A DNA stretch of 64,000 nucleotides from an uncultured Acidobacteriota bacterium (lineage in GTDB: Bacteria; Acidobacteriota; UBA6911). The notes beneath the pieces are model-generated. The model worked only from the letters and a program-made list of their open reading frames with translations, had not been told where the DNA came from and made no database searches. The stretch spans positions 844,627 to 908,626 of the forward strand of contig CAWIVH010000001.1 in assembly GCA_963839475.1 (NCBI GenBank). Reading direction: 5' to 3'. Shown piece after piece: positions 9,900 through 19,725 of this stretch. How positions within the stretch are numbered: position 1 is the first letter of the stretch; each line of letters opens with the position of its first letter. Made by a program: the position numbers and the translations under genes.

Positions 9900-10940
9900 A
9901 TGAACCCGAATAAGACTTCGCTGCTCATCGTGGACGACGAGATCTACATCCAGGAGATTTTAAAGAGCACCCTGGAGGAAGCCGGCTTCGAATGCACGGC
10001 CGTCGGCAGCGCGGAATCGGCCGAAGCCGAACTCGCGATAAAAAACTATTCCATCGTATTTTGTGACGTCGTCATGCCGGGAAAATCGGGCGTCGATTTC
10101 CTCCGGTCGATCCGCGCCCGTTATCCTCAAATGATTGTGGTGATGATCACGGCATTGGATACCGCCAGCAGTGCCATGGAAACCATTCGCATGGGCGCCT
10201 ACGACTATATCGTGAAGCCTTTCAACCTGGAGCTCGTGATCTCGGTTGCCAACCGGGCCAAAGATAAGCTGAGGCTCGAGGCATCCAACCGCGAGTACCA
10301 GGCATACCTTCAGCAGGTGGCCGATGATCGGGCGGCCGAAACCCGGCGTCTTTTTTATTCGATGACGCAGGTCTTGATAGGGCTTCTGGAGCTCAAAGAG
10401 CCGTTCAAGGCGGGCTACCTGAAACGCATCGCGGAAATGTCCCGCTATGTCGCTCGTGAGCTGAAAATGACCGAAGACGGGGTTCGAAAAGTATACCTCG
10501 CGGCTCTCCTGCACGACATCGGGATGATCAGCGTCGAAGACATGCTCCTCACCAAGCGCGGGACATTGACCGACAAGGAAACCGACCACATCCGCGAGCA
10601 CACCTCCGTCGCCGAATCGGTGCTGAAGCCAATCCTCACCGACGACGAGGTTCTGAAATATATCCGGCATCACCACGAGCGCTATGACGGTACGGGTTAT
10701 CCCGACGGTTTGCGGGGAAATATCATTCCCCTCGGGGCGCGGATCATTTCGGTGGTTGCCGCCTTCGTCGCCATGCAGTGGTCCAGGCCATACCGGAAGG
10801 CCTTGTCGCCGGAGGAGGCGATTGCCGAGCTCCAGCGCTGCACCCCTTCCCAATTCGACCATAACGTGGTGACGGTCTTCGCTTCCCTTTATGACCGCAT
10901 ATTCCGCACCATGGATAATTCCCAAATGGGGCAGCCATGA
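9900..10940 (+). CDS. Response regulator with HD-GYP domain (putative c-di-GMP phosphodiesterase)
   Basis: The REC domain includes LLIVDDEIYIQEIL...FCDVVMPG. The HD motif is LLHDIG and the GYP motif is HHERYDGTGYPDGL. Start is at 9900, trimmed from the ORF at 9834. Confidence 0.85.
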   Translation: MNPNKTSLLIVDDEIYIQEILKSTLEEAGFECTAVGSAESAEAELAIKNYSIVFCDVVMPGKSGVDFLRSIRARYPQMIVVMITALDTASSAMETIRMGAYDYIVKPFNLELVISVANRAKDKLRLEASNREYQAYLQQVADDRAAETRRLFYSMTQVLIGLLELKEPFKAGYLKRIAEMSRYVARELKMTEDGVRKVYLAALLHDIGMISVEDMLLTKRGTLTDKETDHIREHTSVAESVLKPILTDDEVLKYIRHHHERYDGTGYPDGLRGNIIPLGARIISVVAAFVAMQWSRPYRKALSPEEAIAELQRCTPSQFDHNVVTVFASLYDRIFRTMDNSQMGQP

Positions 10941-12277
10941 ATGCGCTGCGTCAGCTCCGCAGGGACGCGTCTCAGATCTGGGGTGCCGCGCTTCATGCCG
11001 TGGATCCGGAGATCGCGGTCAGGAACTGCCTTCGCATTGACGGCACACGGCTGCTGCTTGTGAGCCGGGTCATCGGCCGGGTGCCGGGCCGTGACATCTG
11101 GGTGATTGGCGTCGGAAAAGCTTCGGCCCCTATGGCGAGGGCGCTGGAGAAGATACTCGGGAAACGGCTGTCGGGCGGAATCCTGGTCACCAAATACGGG
11201 CACGGCCTCGCTTTGAAGCGAATCCAGGTTTTGGAAGCGGGCCATCCACTCCCCGATTCCAACGGGCTGGCCGCAGCGGAGCAAATCCGGGAATTCGCGG
11301 AGCACCGGATCAAGCCAAACGACCTGGTGCTGTGTCTCCTGTCCGGAGGCGGATCCGCACTGTTGGTCTCCCCGGCACCGGGCATTTCTCTTGAAGACAA
11401 GCTCGAATGCACACGCCTGCTTCTGCGCTCCGGCGCGACCATTCACGAGATGAATGCCATCCGCAAACACCTCTCGACCCTGAAGGGGGGCGGCATGGCC
11501 CGCCTGCTGTCGCGGGCACATGTTGTATCGTTGATTCTGTCGGATGTTGTCGGCGACTCGCTGGATACGATCGCTTCAGGACCGATGGTTCCCGATTCGA
11601 CCACTTTCAGGGATTGCATCGAGATTCTGAAAAAACTGAATTGCCTGGATTCGGTTCCGGTGAAAGTCAGAGCCCGGCTGGAAGCCGGGGCGGCGGGCGC
11701 CATCCCGGAGACACCCAAACCCGGCGACCCGGTCTTTCAGCTCAAGGAAAACAAAATAGTCGGGAGCAACGCTCAGGCTTGCGCGGCAGCTGCCAAAGCT
11801 GCCCGGAAACTCGGCTATCGCACTCTGGTACTTAGCACACGCATGGAAGGGGACACGAAGGAAGCCGCCGGCTTTCACATGAGCATCGCGGAGGAAATTG
11901 CCTACGGCGGTCAGCCGCTCCGCAGGCCGGCTTGCGTGCTGAGCGGTGGAGAAACCACCGTCCGGTTGACCGGAAACGGAAAAGGCGGAAGAAACCAGGA
12001 ATTCGTGCTCCAGTGTGTCGCCAGGCTTGCGGGATTGAAGGCGCCTTGCGTCGTGGCAAGCGTGGGCACCGACGGGACCGACGGCCCGACGGACGCGGCC
12101 GGAGCCGTCGCGGACAATGCTTCGCTGGAGCGTTCAAAGCGGATCGATCCGCGCTTTCTCGCCGATGCCATCCATCAAAACAACTCGTACGAGTTTTTCA
12201 AGCGCCTGGGAGACCTTATCCTGACGGGCCCCACCCGGACCAACGTGATGGACCTTCGAATCTTTCTGATCTGTTGA
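10937..12277 (+). CDS. Glycerate 2-kinase (MOFRL/DUF4147 family, GckA/TtuD-like)
   Basis: Family-typical regions are GVGKASAPMA...LLSGGGSALL...ILSDVVGDSLDTIASGP...VGTDGTDGP. It overlaps the upstream stop (ATGA). Confidence 0.8.
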   Translation: MNALRQLRRDASQIWGAALHAVDPEIAVRNCLRIDGTRLLLVSRVIGRVPGRDIWVIGVGKASAPMARALEKILGKRLSGGILVTKYGHGLALKRIQVLEAGHPLPDSNGLAAAEQIREFAEHRIKPNDLVLCLLSGGGSALLVSPAPGISLEDKLECTRLLLRSGATIHEMNAIRKHLSTLKGGGMARLLSRAHVVSLILSDVVGDSLDTIASGPMVPDSTTFRDCIEILKKLNCLDSVPVKVRARLEAGAAGAIPETPKPGDPVFQLKENKIVGSNAQACAAAAKAARKLGYRTLVLSTRMEGDTKEAAGFHMSIAEEIAYGGQPLRRPACVLSGGETTVRLTGNGKGGRNQEFVLQCVARLAGLKAPCVVASVGTDGTDGPTDAAGAVADNASLERSKRIDPRFLADAIHQNNSYEFFKRLGDLILTGPTRTNVMDLRIFLIC

Positions 12278-12411
12278 GGGCTTCCGGGAACCCATTCCCG
12301 GAGCCGCGGGCCGTGTGAGGTACCTCTCCAATTCCGGAGCTACAACAGAATCGCACATTCGATTTCGGAAGCCACCCCGATCCCGACCCGAGTGGCGTGT
12401 GGATAAAATCT

Positions 12412-13128
12412 TCAAATGGGACCATGGAAGGGTCCGGCAGGAAAGCCCAGGGATGGGGCCTTCTCTTCGGAATTGCAGGTTTCAGCCAGCGGGCACTCGC
12501 CGCACAGCGGTTTGCGCGCTTTGCAGACCCGCCTCCCGTGATGAATCAATTGATGTGAAAAACGGATCCAGTTTTCCCTTGGAATCAGCTTCAGCAGATC
12601 CGCCTCTATTTTCCCAGCGTCCTCCTCGGAGCTGAGTTCGAGTCTCCTCGAAAGCCGGGTTACATGGGTATCGACTACAATTCCCTCCGCTTTCCCGAAC
12701 ACCACCCCCAGCACTACGTTCGCGGTCTTTCGCGCGACGCCAGGGAGCTCCAATAGTGATTCCATCGTGTCGGGCACCTTGCCGCCGAAACGCTCCAGAA
12801 TCATGCGGCATGCTCCTTGGAGGCTCCTGGCCTTGTTACGGAAAAAGCCGGTGGAGCGGATGTCGGACTCAAGTTCTTCAGGAGAAACGCCTGCGTAGTC
12901 TTTGGGAGTGCGGTACTTTCGGAAAAGACCGCGCGTGACCAGGTTGACCCGTTCATCGGTGCATTGGGCCGACAGGATCGTTGCGACCAGGAGCTCCAGG
13001 GCATTGCGATGCTCGAGCGCGCATTGAGCATCCGGATAGCTCTTGTCCAGTGCAGCCAGGATGGATCGAACCCGCTCGGACTGCTGTTCCTTGGTGTATC
13101 TTTTTTTGGGGGTCATGATACCGAGCAT
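12412..13128 (-). CDS. nth: Endonuclease III (DNA glycosylase / AP lyase)
   Basis: It has the HhH-GPD region and the [4Fe-4S] motif CKARKPLCGECPLAETC. The start is ambiguous between 13128 and 13116. Confidence 0.85.
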   Translation of the reverse strand: MLGIMTPKKRYTKEQQSERVRSILAALDKSYPDAQCALEHRNALELLVATILSAQCTDERVNLVTRGLFRKYRTPKDYAGVSPEELESDIRSTGFFRNKARSLQGACRMILERFGGKVPDTMESLLELPGVARKTANVVLGVVFGKAEGIVVDTHVTRLSRRLELSSEEDAGKIEADLLKLIPRENWIRFSHQLIHHGRRVCKARKPLCGECPLAETCNSEEKAPSLGFPAGPFHGPI

Positions 13129-13195
13129 TATAACAGGCGAACCCGAATCCGCGCGCCATCCGGACAGGGGTTTCGGCAAGGCGGATCAATTGGGT

Positions 13196-13224
13196 TTGAC
13201 ATTTGAAATACCAAGTAGTAAATA
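13196..13224 (+). promoter_or_regulatory. Sigma70-like promoter (TTGACA-N17-TAAATA) upstream of the ytxH-like gene
   Basis: TTGACA lies at 13196-13201 and TAAATA at 13219-13224, in an AT-rich island. A strong AAGAGGAG SD precedes the ATG at 13264. Confidence 0.5.
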
Positions 13225-13263
13225 GTTGCTTTACAAAGGTTTGCTAGAAAAGAGGAGATACAC

Positions 13264-13566
13264 ATGAGCGACGATACCGGAACTGGCGAGAAAGCACTCT
13301 ATTTCGTCCTGGGCGCATTTATCGGTGCGGCAACAGCGTTGTTGCTGGCCCCGCGAAGCGGCGAGGAAACACGGAGAATCATAGCTTCAAAGGCGCGCGA
13401 AGGTGCGGACCTGGTGGCAAACAAAACCCGTACGGTTGCCGACAAGACTTCATCTTATATCGAACGAGGAAAAGGCATCCTTCAGGCACAGCGAGATCAA
13501 TTGGCTGCGGCGCTTGAGGCGGGCAAGCAGGCATATTCCGAAGAAAAGGATAAGGCAAAAACTTAG
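13264..13566 (+). CDS. YtxH-domain general-stress-type protein
   Basis: ALYFVLGAFIGAATALLLAPRSGEETRRIIASKA is the characteristic YtxH N-terminus (LAPKSGKETR-like). It is followed by a coiled-coil / Ala/Lys-rich tail. Confidence 0.75.
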   Translation: MSDDTGTGEKALYFVLGAFIGAATALLLAPRSGEETRRIIASKAREGADLVANKTRTVADKTSSYIERGKGILQAQRDQLAAALEAGKQAYSEEKDKAKT

Positions 13567-13580
13567 GGGCGGACTGAGCG

Positions 13581-14093
13581 ATGGAAATCCTGATTGCAGT
13601 CTTCACGGGGATTGTGGCGGTATCCCTGCTCATTCAAAGTCTTGCACTTTGGGGAATCTATCGCTCGATTCGCAGCATCTCGATCCGGATGGATGTTTTG
13701 AGCAAGGAGATTCAGCAGTCGACTAAAAACATCTCGACGAGAATGGATGGACTGCTTATAACCATTGCCGACATCGCAGCGGGTTTCAAGGGAATGCAGG
13801 AGAACCTTACGGCAGTCACAGCCGTGGTTCATCGCCGCGTCGTCGAACTGGATGCCTTTCTCGAGGAAACCACCGATGCGGCGCGGAAACAGATTTCGCG
13901 GTTGCAGGAAACTGTTGACAACACAACCAGGGTGGTCGAAGAGACTTTCGACCAGCTTCATGATCGAGTTCTTGCCCCAATCCATGAGATCTCAGCCATT
14001 CTCACTGGTATCAAAGTCGGGCTGGAGGTTCTCACCAGGCGCCGTGGCCGCCCGGTGAATACCTCGCGTCAGGACGAGGAAATGTTTATCTGA
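13581..14093 (+). CDS. DUF948-like membrane-anchored coiled-coil protein (YtxG-like)
   Basis: It has one N-terminal TM helix (ILIAVFTGIVAVSLLIQSLALWGIY) followed by long helical repeats. Adjacency to YtxH mirrors the ytxG-ytxH pair in Bacillus. Confidence 0.55.
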   Translation: MEILIAVFTGIVAVSLLIQSLALWGIYRSIRSISIRMDVLSKEIQQSTKNISTRMDGLLITIADIAAGFKGMQENLTAVTAVVHRRVVELDAFLEETTDAARKQISRLQETVDNTTRVVEETFDQLHDRVLAPIHEISAILTGIKVGLEVLTRRRGRPVNTSRQDEEMFI

Positions 14094-14273
14094 TCCGGCA
14101 GTGCGGGATTCCCCCCTCCCCGCAGCAGGATTTCGCAAGGAAGTCTGGTCTGCGCAGGCGCGCCCGGCAGGTTCATAGAGGGGGAACCACCCAATGTGGA
14201 CATTATTACCGACATGATCGCGGCAACCGCCCGGCCTGGCCCGGAATGCGGGTAGCCGCCGGGCGGGCTGCCA

Positions 14274-15320
14274 ATGATCACGCTGTACCTGCTCGGATTC
14301 CTGCTGCTCCCTGTTCTGCTGGTCGGCGGGGGAATGGCGCTGTTTTGGAAATCAAGGCGCCGCCGGATCCTGACCTGGTCAGCCTTCTCCTATCTGCTTC
14401 TGATCCTCGCCGTCATTTTCGGCATCGGCCCCTACGTCGCAGCGTACAGCCTGCTCCACTCAGGCTCCAGACCAATGGACCGGCAGTTGAAAGATACGCC
14501 GGCCGACTTTCAGGTTCCCTACGAAGACGTGGTTTTCGAGGCGCGCGACGCCGTCCAGCTGAGCGGCTGGTTCGTCCCCCCGAAATCTAAAAGAGTCATT
14601 TTGATAGGCACACACGGCCTCTTCCGGAATCGAGTGGAACTGCTTTCGCGAACGATGAACCTGGCTCGCGACGGGTATGGGGCGCTTCTCTATGATTCAC
14701 GCTCCCACGGAACCAGCGGCAAGGCACTGGTCTCCTTCGGCTATTATGAAAAGAACGACGTCCTCGGAGCGTTGCAGTACCTCAGGAGACGCTACCAAGA
14801 CACGCCGGAGCCGCCGTGTTTCGTATTGATGGGAGTATCGATGGGAGCCGTGGCCAGCCTCGAAGCCGCGGCGGAGACCAAGGGATTTGGCGCAATCATT
14901 CTCGACAGCCCCTTTCTCAGCCTGCCCGAAACGGTGGCCCATCACACATGGCTTTACTTCAAACTCCCCCGTTATACTTTCCCGCCCATCTTCCTCTTCT
15001 GGTTTGAACGCCTGGCAGGATTCAACCCTGACCGCCTCGATTGCCGCAAGGCTCTCCAAAAGATCGAGCCGGTGCCTATCCTGATCATCGCCAGCGAAGG
15101 CGATCAGCGCATGGGTCCGGGAGTAGCCCGCGAACTTTACGGCCTTTCTACATCATCAGGGAAAAAGCTAAAGATTTTCGGCAAAGAGGTCGGTCACGGG
15201 GCTGCCGCCAGGCTCCACCCCGACGAGTACCATGCCTTGCTGAAGGATTTCCTTGAACAGGCCCTTGAAATGCCCGCGCACGCTACATCGCCCAGCGAAG
15301 GAGCAGGCTCCCCGAAGTGA
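14274..15320 (+). CDS. Membrane-anchored alpha/beta-fold hydrolase
   Basis: It has two N-terminal TM helices and the nucleophile elbow GVSMGAVAS (G-x-S-x-G). Acid and His candidates lie near the C-terminus. Confidence 0.7.
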   Translation: MITLYLLGFLLLPVLLVGGGMALFWKSRRRRILTWSAFSYLLLILAVIFGIGPYVAAYSLLHSGSRPMDRQLKDTPADFQVPYEDVVFEARDAVQLSGWFVPPKSKRVILIGTHGLFRNRVELLSRTMNLARDGYGALLYDSRSHGTSGKALVSFGYYEKNDVLGALQYLRRRYQDTPEPPCFVLMGVSMGAVASLEAAAETKGFGAIILDSPFLSLPETVAHHTWLYFKLPRYTFPPIFLFWFERLAGFNPDRLDCRKALQKIEPVPILIIASEGDQRMGPGVARELYGLSTSSGKKLKIFGKEVGHGAAARLHPDEYHALLKDFLEQALEMPAHATSPSEGAGSPK

Positions 15321-16272
15321 ATCCGGCGCCAAATGTCGCCATGAGCACATAGTCGCCCTTTCGAAGACGCTTATTTTCATAAGCTTCAGCCAGGCCGATG
15401 GGGATGGTGGCAGCGGTGGTGTTGGCAAAGCGGTCAATATTGCAAACCACCTTCTCGCGGGGTATACCCATGCGCTCGACGGCAGCATCAATAATGCGGA
15501 TATTGGCTTGGTGGGGAATGAAAAGCGCGATTTCGGAAGATTTGATTCTGTTGCGTTTGAGAACCTCGGCGGAAACTTCCGCCATGCCCTGCACCGCGAA
15601 TTTGAATACCGCCCTTCCGTCCTGGTGAACAAAATGCATTTTTTTCGCAACGGTTTTCTGGCTTGTAGGGTGAAGGCTGCCTCCGCCCGGCATGTTGAGA
15701 TACCTGCCTCCGGAACCATCCGAGCGCAGAACAAAATCGATGATCCCTTCTTCCCTCGCCCGCGTCGGCTCCAACAGAACCGCCCCCGCACCATCGCCAA
15801 ACAGGACAAAACTATTCCGGTCTTCCGGATTCACAATCGTGCTCATGATATCAGCGCCGACCACCAGGACTTTTTTGTGGGCGCCGGAGTGGACAAACTG
15901 GCTGCCTGTCGCCAAGGCATAAACGAAGCCGGAACATGCCCCGGAAAGGTCGAAACCCCAGGCGTTGACTGCTCCGATTTTGTCCTGGAGCAGGCAGGCG
16001 GTGGAAGGGAAACGCATATCAGGCGTAACGGTCGCGACAATGATGCAGTCGATTTCGGAAGCGTGAATCCCGCGCTTCTGCAGCAGCCGGTTCACAGCTT
16101 CAACGGCGAGGTCGGAAGTACCCTGGCCCCTCCCGGCCATATGCCGTTCCCGAATTCCGGTCCTCGTTCGAATCCACTCGTCCGTGGTATCGAGCATCGA
16201 CTCAAGGTCAAAATTGGTGACGACACGTGGAGGCACATGAAAAGCAAAAGCAGTGATTTTCGCGTTATACAC
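15283..16272 (-). CDS. fabH: 3-oxoacyl-[ACP] synthase III (KAS III)
   Basis: MYNAKITAFAFHVPPRVVTNFDLE, the active-site SGACSG, and PHQANIRI...FANTTAATIP make up the Cys-His-Asn triad regions. Confidence 0.85.
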   Translation of the reverse strand: MYNAKITAFAFHVPPRVVTNFDLESMLDTTDEWIRTRTGIRERHMAGRGQGTSDLAVEAVNRLLQKRGIHASEIDCIIVATVTPDMRFPSTACLLQDKIGAVNAWGFDLSGACSGFVYALATGSQFVHSGAHKKVLVVGADIMSTIVNPEDRNSFVLFGDGAGAVLLEPTRAREEGIIDFVLRSDGSGGRYLNMPGGGSLHPTSQKTVAKKMHFVHQDGRAVFKFAVQGMAEVSAEVLKRNRIKSSEIALFIPHQANIRIIDAAVERMGIPREKVVCNIDRFANTTAATIPIGLAEAYENKRLRKGDYVLMATFGAGFTSGSLLLRWAM

Positions 16273-16824
16273 TCCGACGCCTCCGCTTATGTCCGTCTGG
16301 ATTATGGGGCTGAATATCCTGTATCTACTTGAGGGATAAAATCTTACTCCGTCATAGGGCTCGAGTCAAGGCACTGCCTGAATGCGAGCACGTTCGGGAT
16401 CACTACAAGGATTCGCCAGGAGCTTTGCGGGGGTCGTTACCCAAACCAGGTTCCCTCGATAGATTGAATGGCGGTTGTATGTAAACCATGAAGGCTCCAA
16501 AAAAACGGCAACATTTGTGATGCCAATTATTCCGGGGTGACTTCTTGCCAGGACAGATGATCGCCTATCTGCAACTCGTGGTTCCTTCCTTTTTTCCTTC
16601 TGACATATCTTTTTCTTGTCTCTTTTTGCTTCTTGTTTCTTTTCTGTTCGCGAAGGCGTATGATCGGCGGCGAGATTTTTCAGCTTCAATCGAAGCTGAG
16701 GCGCAAGGGTGCATTCGCCAGCGCGGCCTGCTGCCGCGTATTCGCCAGGAAAGGTGCAACGGTTCCCTGCCGTCAGGTGGCAGGCAGCCGGCCGATCAAC
16801 GAAAGAATTCACGGGAGAAATACA

Positions 16825-18108
16825 ATGGATGAAAGTAAGGGAAAAGGGTTTTCACGTCGTGATTTCCTGGCTGCGGGAACAGCCGCCGGGATCTCCGGCT
16901 TCCCTTTGCTCAAAACGGCAAAAGCCCAGGCAGCCAAGCCGGTTCGCGTCGGCGTCCTGGGGACCGGGGGAAGGGGAATCGGAGCTTGTGCCGACGCACT
17001 GGGCGCCGATCCCAACGTGGAGATTGTCGCCATGGCGGATCTTGCCCCTGATCGCATTGAATTAGCCCTCCAGTCGCTCAGCCGAAATAATGCCCTGGCC
17101 GGCGACGGAGCCCGTCGGATCAAAGTAACCGACAAGACCAAGTTTTCCGGCTGGGATTGCCACGAAAAACTGCTGGCGACGGATATCGACTATGTGATTC
17201 TTTCCAATCCTCCGGCTTTCCGGCCGCGCGATTTTGCCCTGGCAGTGGAGAGGGGCAAACACATATTTGCCGAAAAGCCGCTGGCGACTGATCCGGTTGG
17301 CGTGCGCAAGATCAGGGACTCGGCCCGGCTGGCAAAGCAAAAGGGGCTTTCTGTCGTAGTTGGACTCAACGCGCGCCACAGCAAGAAAACGATGGAGACA
17401 GTCAAACGGGTCCGGGACGGACAAATTGGACAAATAAGCAGTGGCTACATCCACCGCCTTGCCGGCGGACTCTGGCACCGCGGCTCCAATCCGGCATGGA
17501 CCGAGATGGAGTATCAGTGCCGCAATTGGTATTACTTCTACTGGCTGAGCGGCGACCAAATCGTGGAGATGGTGATTCACCAGATCGACACGATGAACTG
17601 GCTTATGGGTGCCCACCCCGTCAGCGCCCTGGCGAGCGGCGGGCGACAGGTGCGCGTCGATCCCAAATACGGGAACATTTATGATCACATGGATGTCGAC
17701 TTCGAATATCCAGGCGGCGTTCATGTTTTTTGCATGCTGCGCCAGTGGGACGGCTGCGCCAACAAGATATCCTCCGTAGTGATCGGGCCAAACGGTGCGA
17801 GTGACAGCAAGGAAATCACCGGGAAGAATCCCTGGAAGGGTGAGGATGATGTTATCAGCACCCTTAACTACGAGCACTGGGAGCTGATGGACAGCATGCG
17901 CAAGGGACAGGCGCGCAATGATATTCTGGACTTCGGCGCCGACAGCACCCTGACGTGCATCATGGGCCGCGAAGCCGCCTACACCGGGAAACTGGTGACT
18001 TGGGACGAAATGTTGAATTCCAGTCTGGATCTGTTTCCGAAGGAAGCGAAACTCGGGCCGGCCCCTCAGCATCCCATTCCAATGCCGGGCCAGCCCAGAA
18101 ATATCTAG
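16825..18108 (+). CDS. Tat-exported Gfo/Idh/MocA-family NAD-dependent oxidoreductase (GH109-like)
   Basis: Trimmed to the Met at 16825, which has a GGGAGA SD upstream. The twin-arginine signal is SRRDFLAAGTAAG and the Rossmann motif is VGVLGTGGRGIGA. Confidence 0.75.
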   Translation: MDESKGKGFSRRDFLAAGTAAGISGFPLLKTAKAQAAKPVRVGVLGTGGRGIGACADALGADPNVEIVAMADLAPDRIELALQSLSRNNALAGDGARRIKVTDKTKFSGWDCHEKLLATDIDYVILSNPPAFRPRDFALAVERGKHIFAEKPLATDPVGVRKIRDSARLAKQKGLSVVVGLNARHSKKTMETVKRVRDGQIGQISSGYIHRLAGGLWHRGSNPAWTEMEYQCRNWYYFYWLSGDQIVEMVIHQIDTMNWLMGAHPVSALASGGRQVRVDPKYGNIYDHMDVDFEYPGGVHVFCMLRQWDGCANKISSVVIGPNGASDSKEITGKNPWKGEDDVISTLNYEHWELMDSMRKGQARNDILDFGADSTLTCIMGREAAYTGKLVTWDEMLNSSLDLFPKEAKLGPAPQHPIPMPGQPRNI

Positions 18109-18210
18109 GAGAAAATAAAAGCGCGAAGACTTCTCTGAGACCGCCGAGTCCATCGGAAGGTACGATTATTTTTCCTTCCCGAGCTTGGTGGTCTTGGAGG
18201 CCTTTGCGGT

Positions 18211-19725
18211 TCAGAGCATCAAGCGGTCGATTTTCGAAACCAGTTCCTGGCCTTCCAGAGCGATTTGGGCGGCCTCGTTGCGGCAGGCATTGGCAAAACC
18301 GTCATCTTTCAAGCCGGGGAGGTTGATCAGCACATTGTACTGAGCGCCTTTGATCGCGGCGAATGCAAGCTGGCCGCCCACGGCAGCATCGCTGCGCGCA
18401 TTCGGGTTCCCGATCCCGGCCAGGATCTCGACGCAGCCCAGGACGGCGCGCGCGGCGCGCATGGTTTTCAACGGAACTTCGGTGGCGAAACGCGTGGCCG
18501 ATTGAATGGCCGCGCTTCGCGCCGCTTTTTCTGCCTCGCTTTCCTTGGGCAACTTGAAAGCCGCCATCACCCTGCTGTAAGCGGATGCGTCCTCCTGAAC
18601 CAGCTGCTGCAACTCGGCGCGCAACCCGCTCAGGTGACGATGCAATTCGTGGACCTGGGCCTCGACCCCTTCGAATTTCTTTTTCCCCTCGGTCAGGCCA
18701 GCCACCATCTCCCCCAAAGCTGCCGCCAGCCCGGCCGACAGCGCTGCCACGCTGCCGCCTCCAGGCACGGGCTCCGCGGAGGCAACGCTGGAGACAAACT
18801 CATCCAGCCTTTGCCCCTTGCCGAGTGCTGCGGCAAGCCGGTTCTCCAGTATCTGGCTCTCGGAAAAATGCTCCAGGCGCAGGTAGTATTCGGCCCCGGC
18901 ATTGAGCGCCTTCTGGGGAACGAGTCCGACAATTTCGCTCGAGGTCGCTGAGACTCCGAAGCGCGCTGCTTCCCGCACCACCATCTCGAACGCCCGGTGA
19001 ATCGGGGTCCCCTCGAAATGGGTGAGGTTCATGGAAACCTGGACCTGGTTCCGCTCCTTGATTTCGAATCCCAGCGCTTTTACGTAGCGCAGCCCACCGC
19101 TGGAATAGCGAACTGCTTTGGCGGCGGCCTGGGCTACTTTCAGATCGGAGGTGTCGAGATAAACATTGTAGGCGACCAGCGGAAAGCGGGCGCCCACCGC
19201 CGTTGCGCCGGCCGACGGATGGACCTCGCAGGGGCCGTAATCCGGCTTCCTGGCAGGATCCTGCCGGATGGCCTCGCGAATCCCTTCGAATTCCCCTTTG
19301 CGCACGTAGGCCAAATCGCGCCTGGCCTCCACTCGCGCGGATTGTTCGTAAAGATACACGGGAATCCGGTGGCGGACAGAAATCTCCTCCGCGACGCGGA
19401 CAGAGAGTTGAATGCATTCCTCCATCGTGATCCCCGAAATGGGGATGAATGGAATCACGTCAACGGCCCCCATCCGCGGGTGTTCGCCCTTGTGGTCTCG
19501 CAGGTCTATCAACTCTACGGCCTTGGCCACACCGGCAATCACCCCGGATGACACCGCTTCCGGTTCGCCGGCAATCGTGATCACGCAACGGTTGTGGGCG
19601 GCATCCATTTCCGAATCGAGAAGAGCCGCGCCAGGCACTCCGGTTAATGCGGCAGCAATGGCCTCCACCACTTCCTTTCTTCGGCCCTCGGAAAAATTGG
19701 GGACGCACTCGACAATCCTGTTCAC
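18211..19725 (-). CDS. ftcD: Bifunctional glutamate formimidoyltransferase / formimidoyl-THF cyclodeaminase
   Basis: The N-terminus VNRIVECVPNFSEGRRKEVVE is a formiminotransferase signature, and the C-terminal ~200 aa are cyclodeaminase-like and helical. The likely GTG start at 19725 has GGAG 5 nt upstream. It overlaps the hutI stop (GTGA). Confidence 0.75.
   Translation of the reverse strand: MNRIVECVPNFSEGRRKEVVEAIAAALTGVPGAALLDSEMDAAHNRCVITIAGEPEAVSSGVIAGVAKAVELIDLRDHKGEHPRMGAVDVIPFIPISGITMEECIQLSVRVAEEISVRHRIPVYLYEQSARVEARRDLAYVRKGEFEGIREAIRQDPARKPDYGPCEVHPSAGATAVGARFPLVAYNVYLDTSDLKVAQAAAKAVRYSSGGLRYVKALGFEIKERNQVQVSMNLTHFEGTPIHRAFEMVVREAARFGVSATSSEIVGLVPQKALNAGAEYYLRLEHFSESQILENRLAAALGKGQRLDEFVSSVASAEPVPGGGSVAALSAGLAAALGEMVAGLTEGKKKFEGVEAQVHELHRHLSGLRAELQQLVQEDASAYSRVMAAFKLPKESEAEKAARSAAIQSATRFATEVPLKTMRAARAVLGCVEILAGIGNPNARSDAAVGGQLAFAAIKGAQYNVLINLPGLKDDGFANACRNEAAQIALEGQELVSKIDRLML

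Noticed and set aside
16366-16812. 148-aa minus-strand ORF in the fabH/oxidoreductase intergenic region
   Set aside because: Its translation is dominated by Lys/Glu/Arg runs generated by the CT-rich tract. There is no start context or domain similarity, so it is likely non-coding.
16633-18108. 491-aa listed ORF for the oxidoreductase starting at 16633
   Set aside because: The first 64 codons precede the twin-arginine signal and lack an RBS. The ATG at 16825 with a GGGAGA SD is the plausible start.
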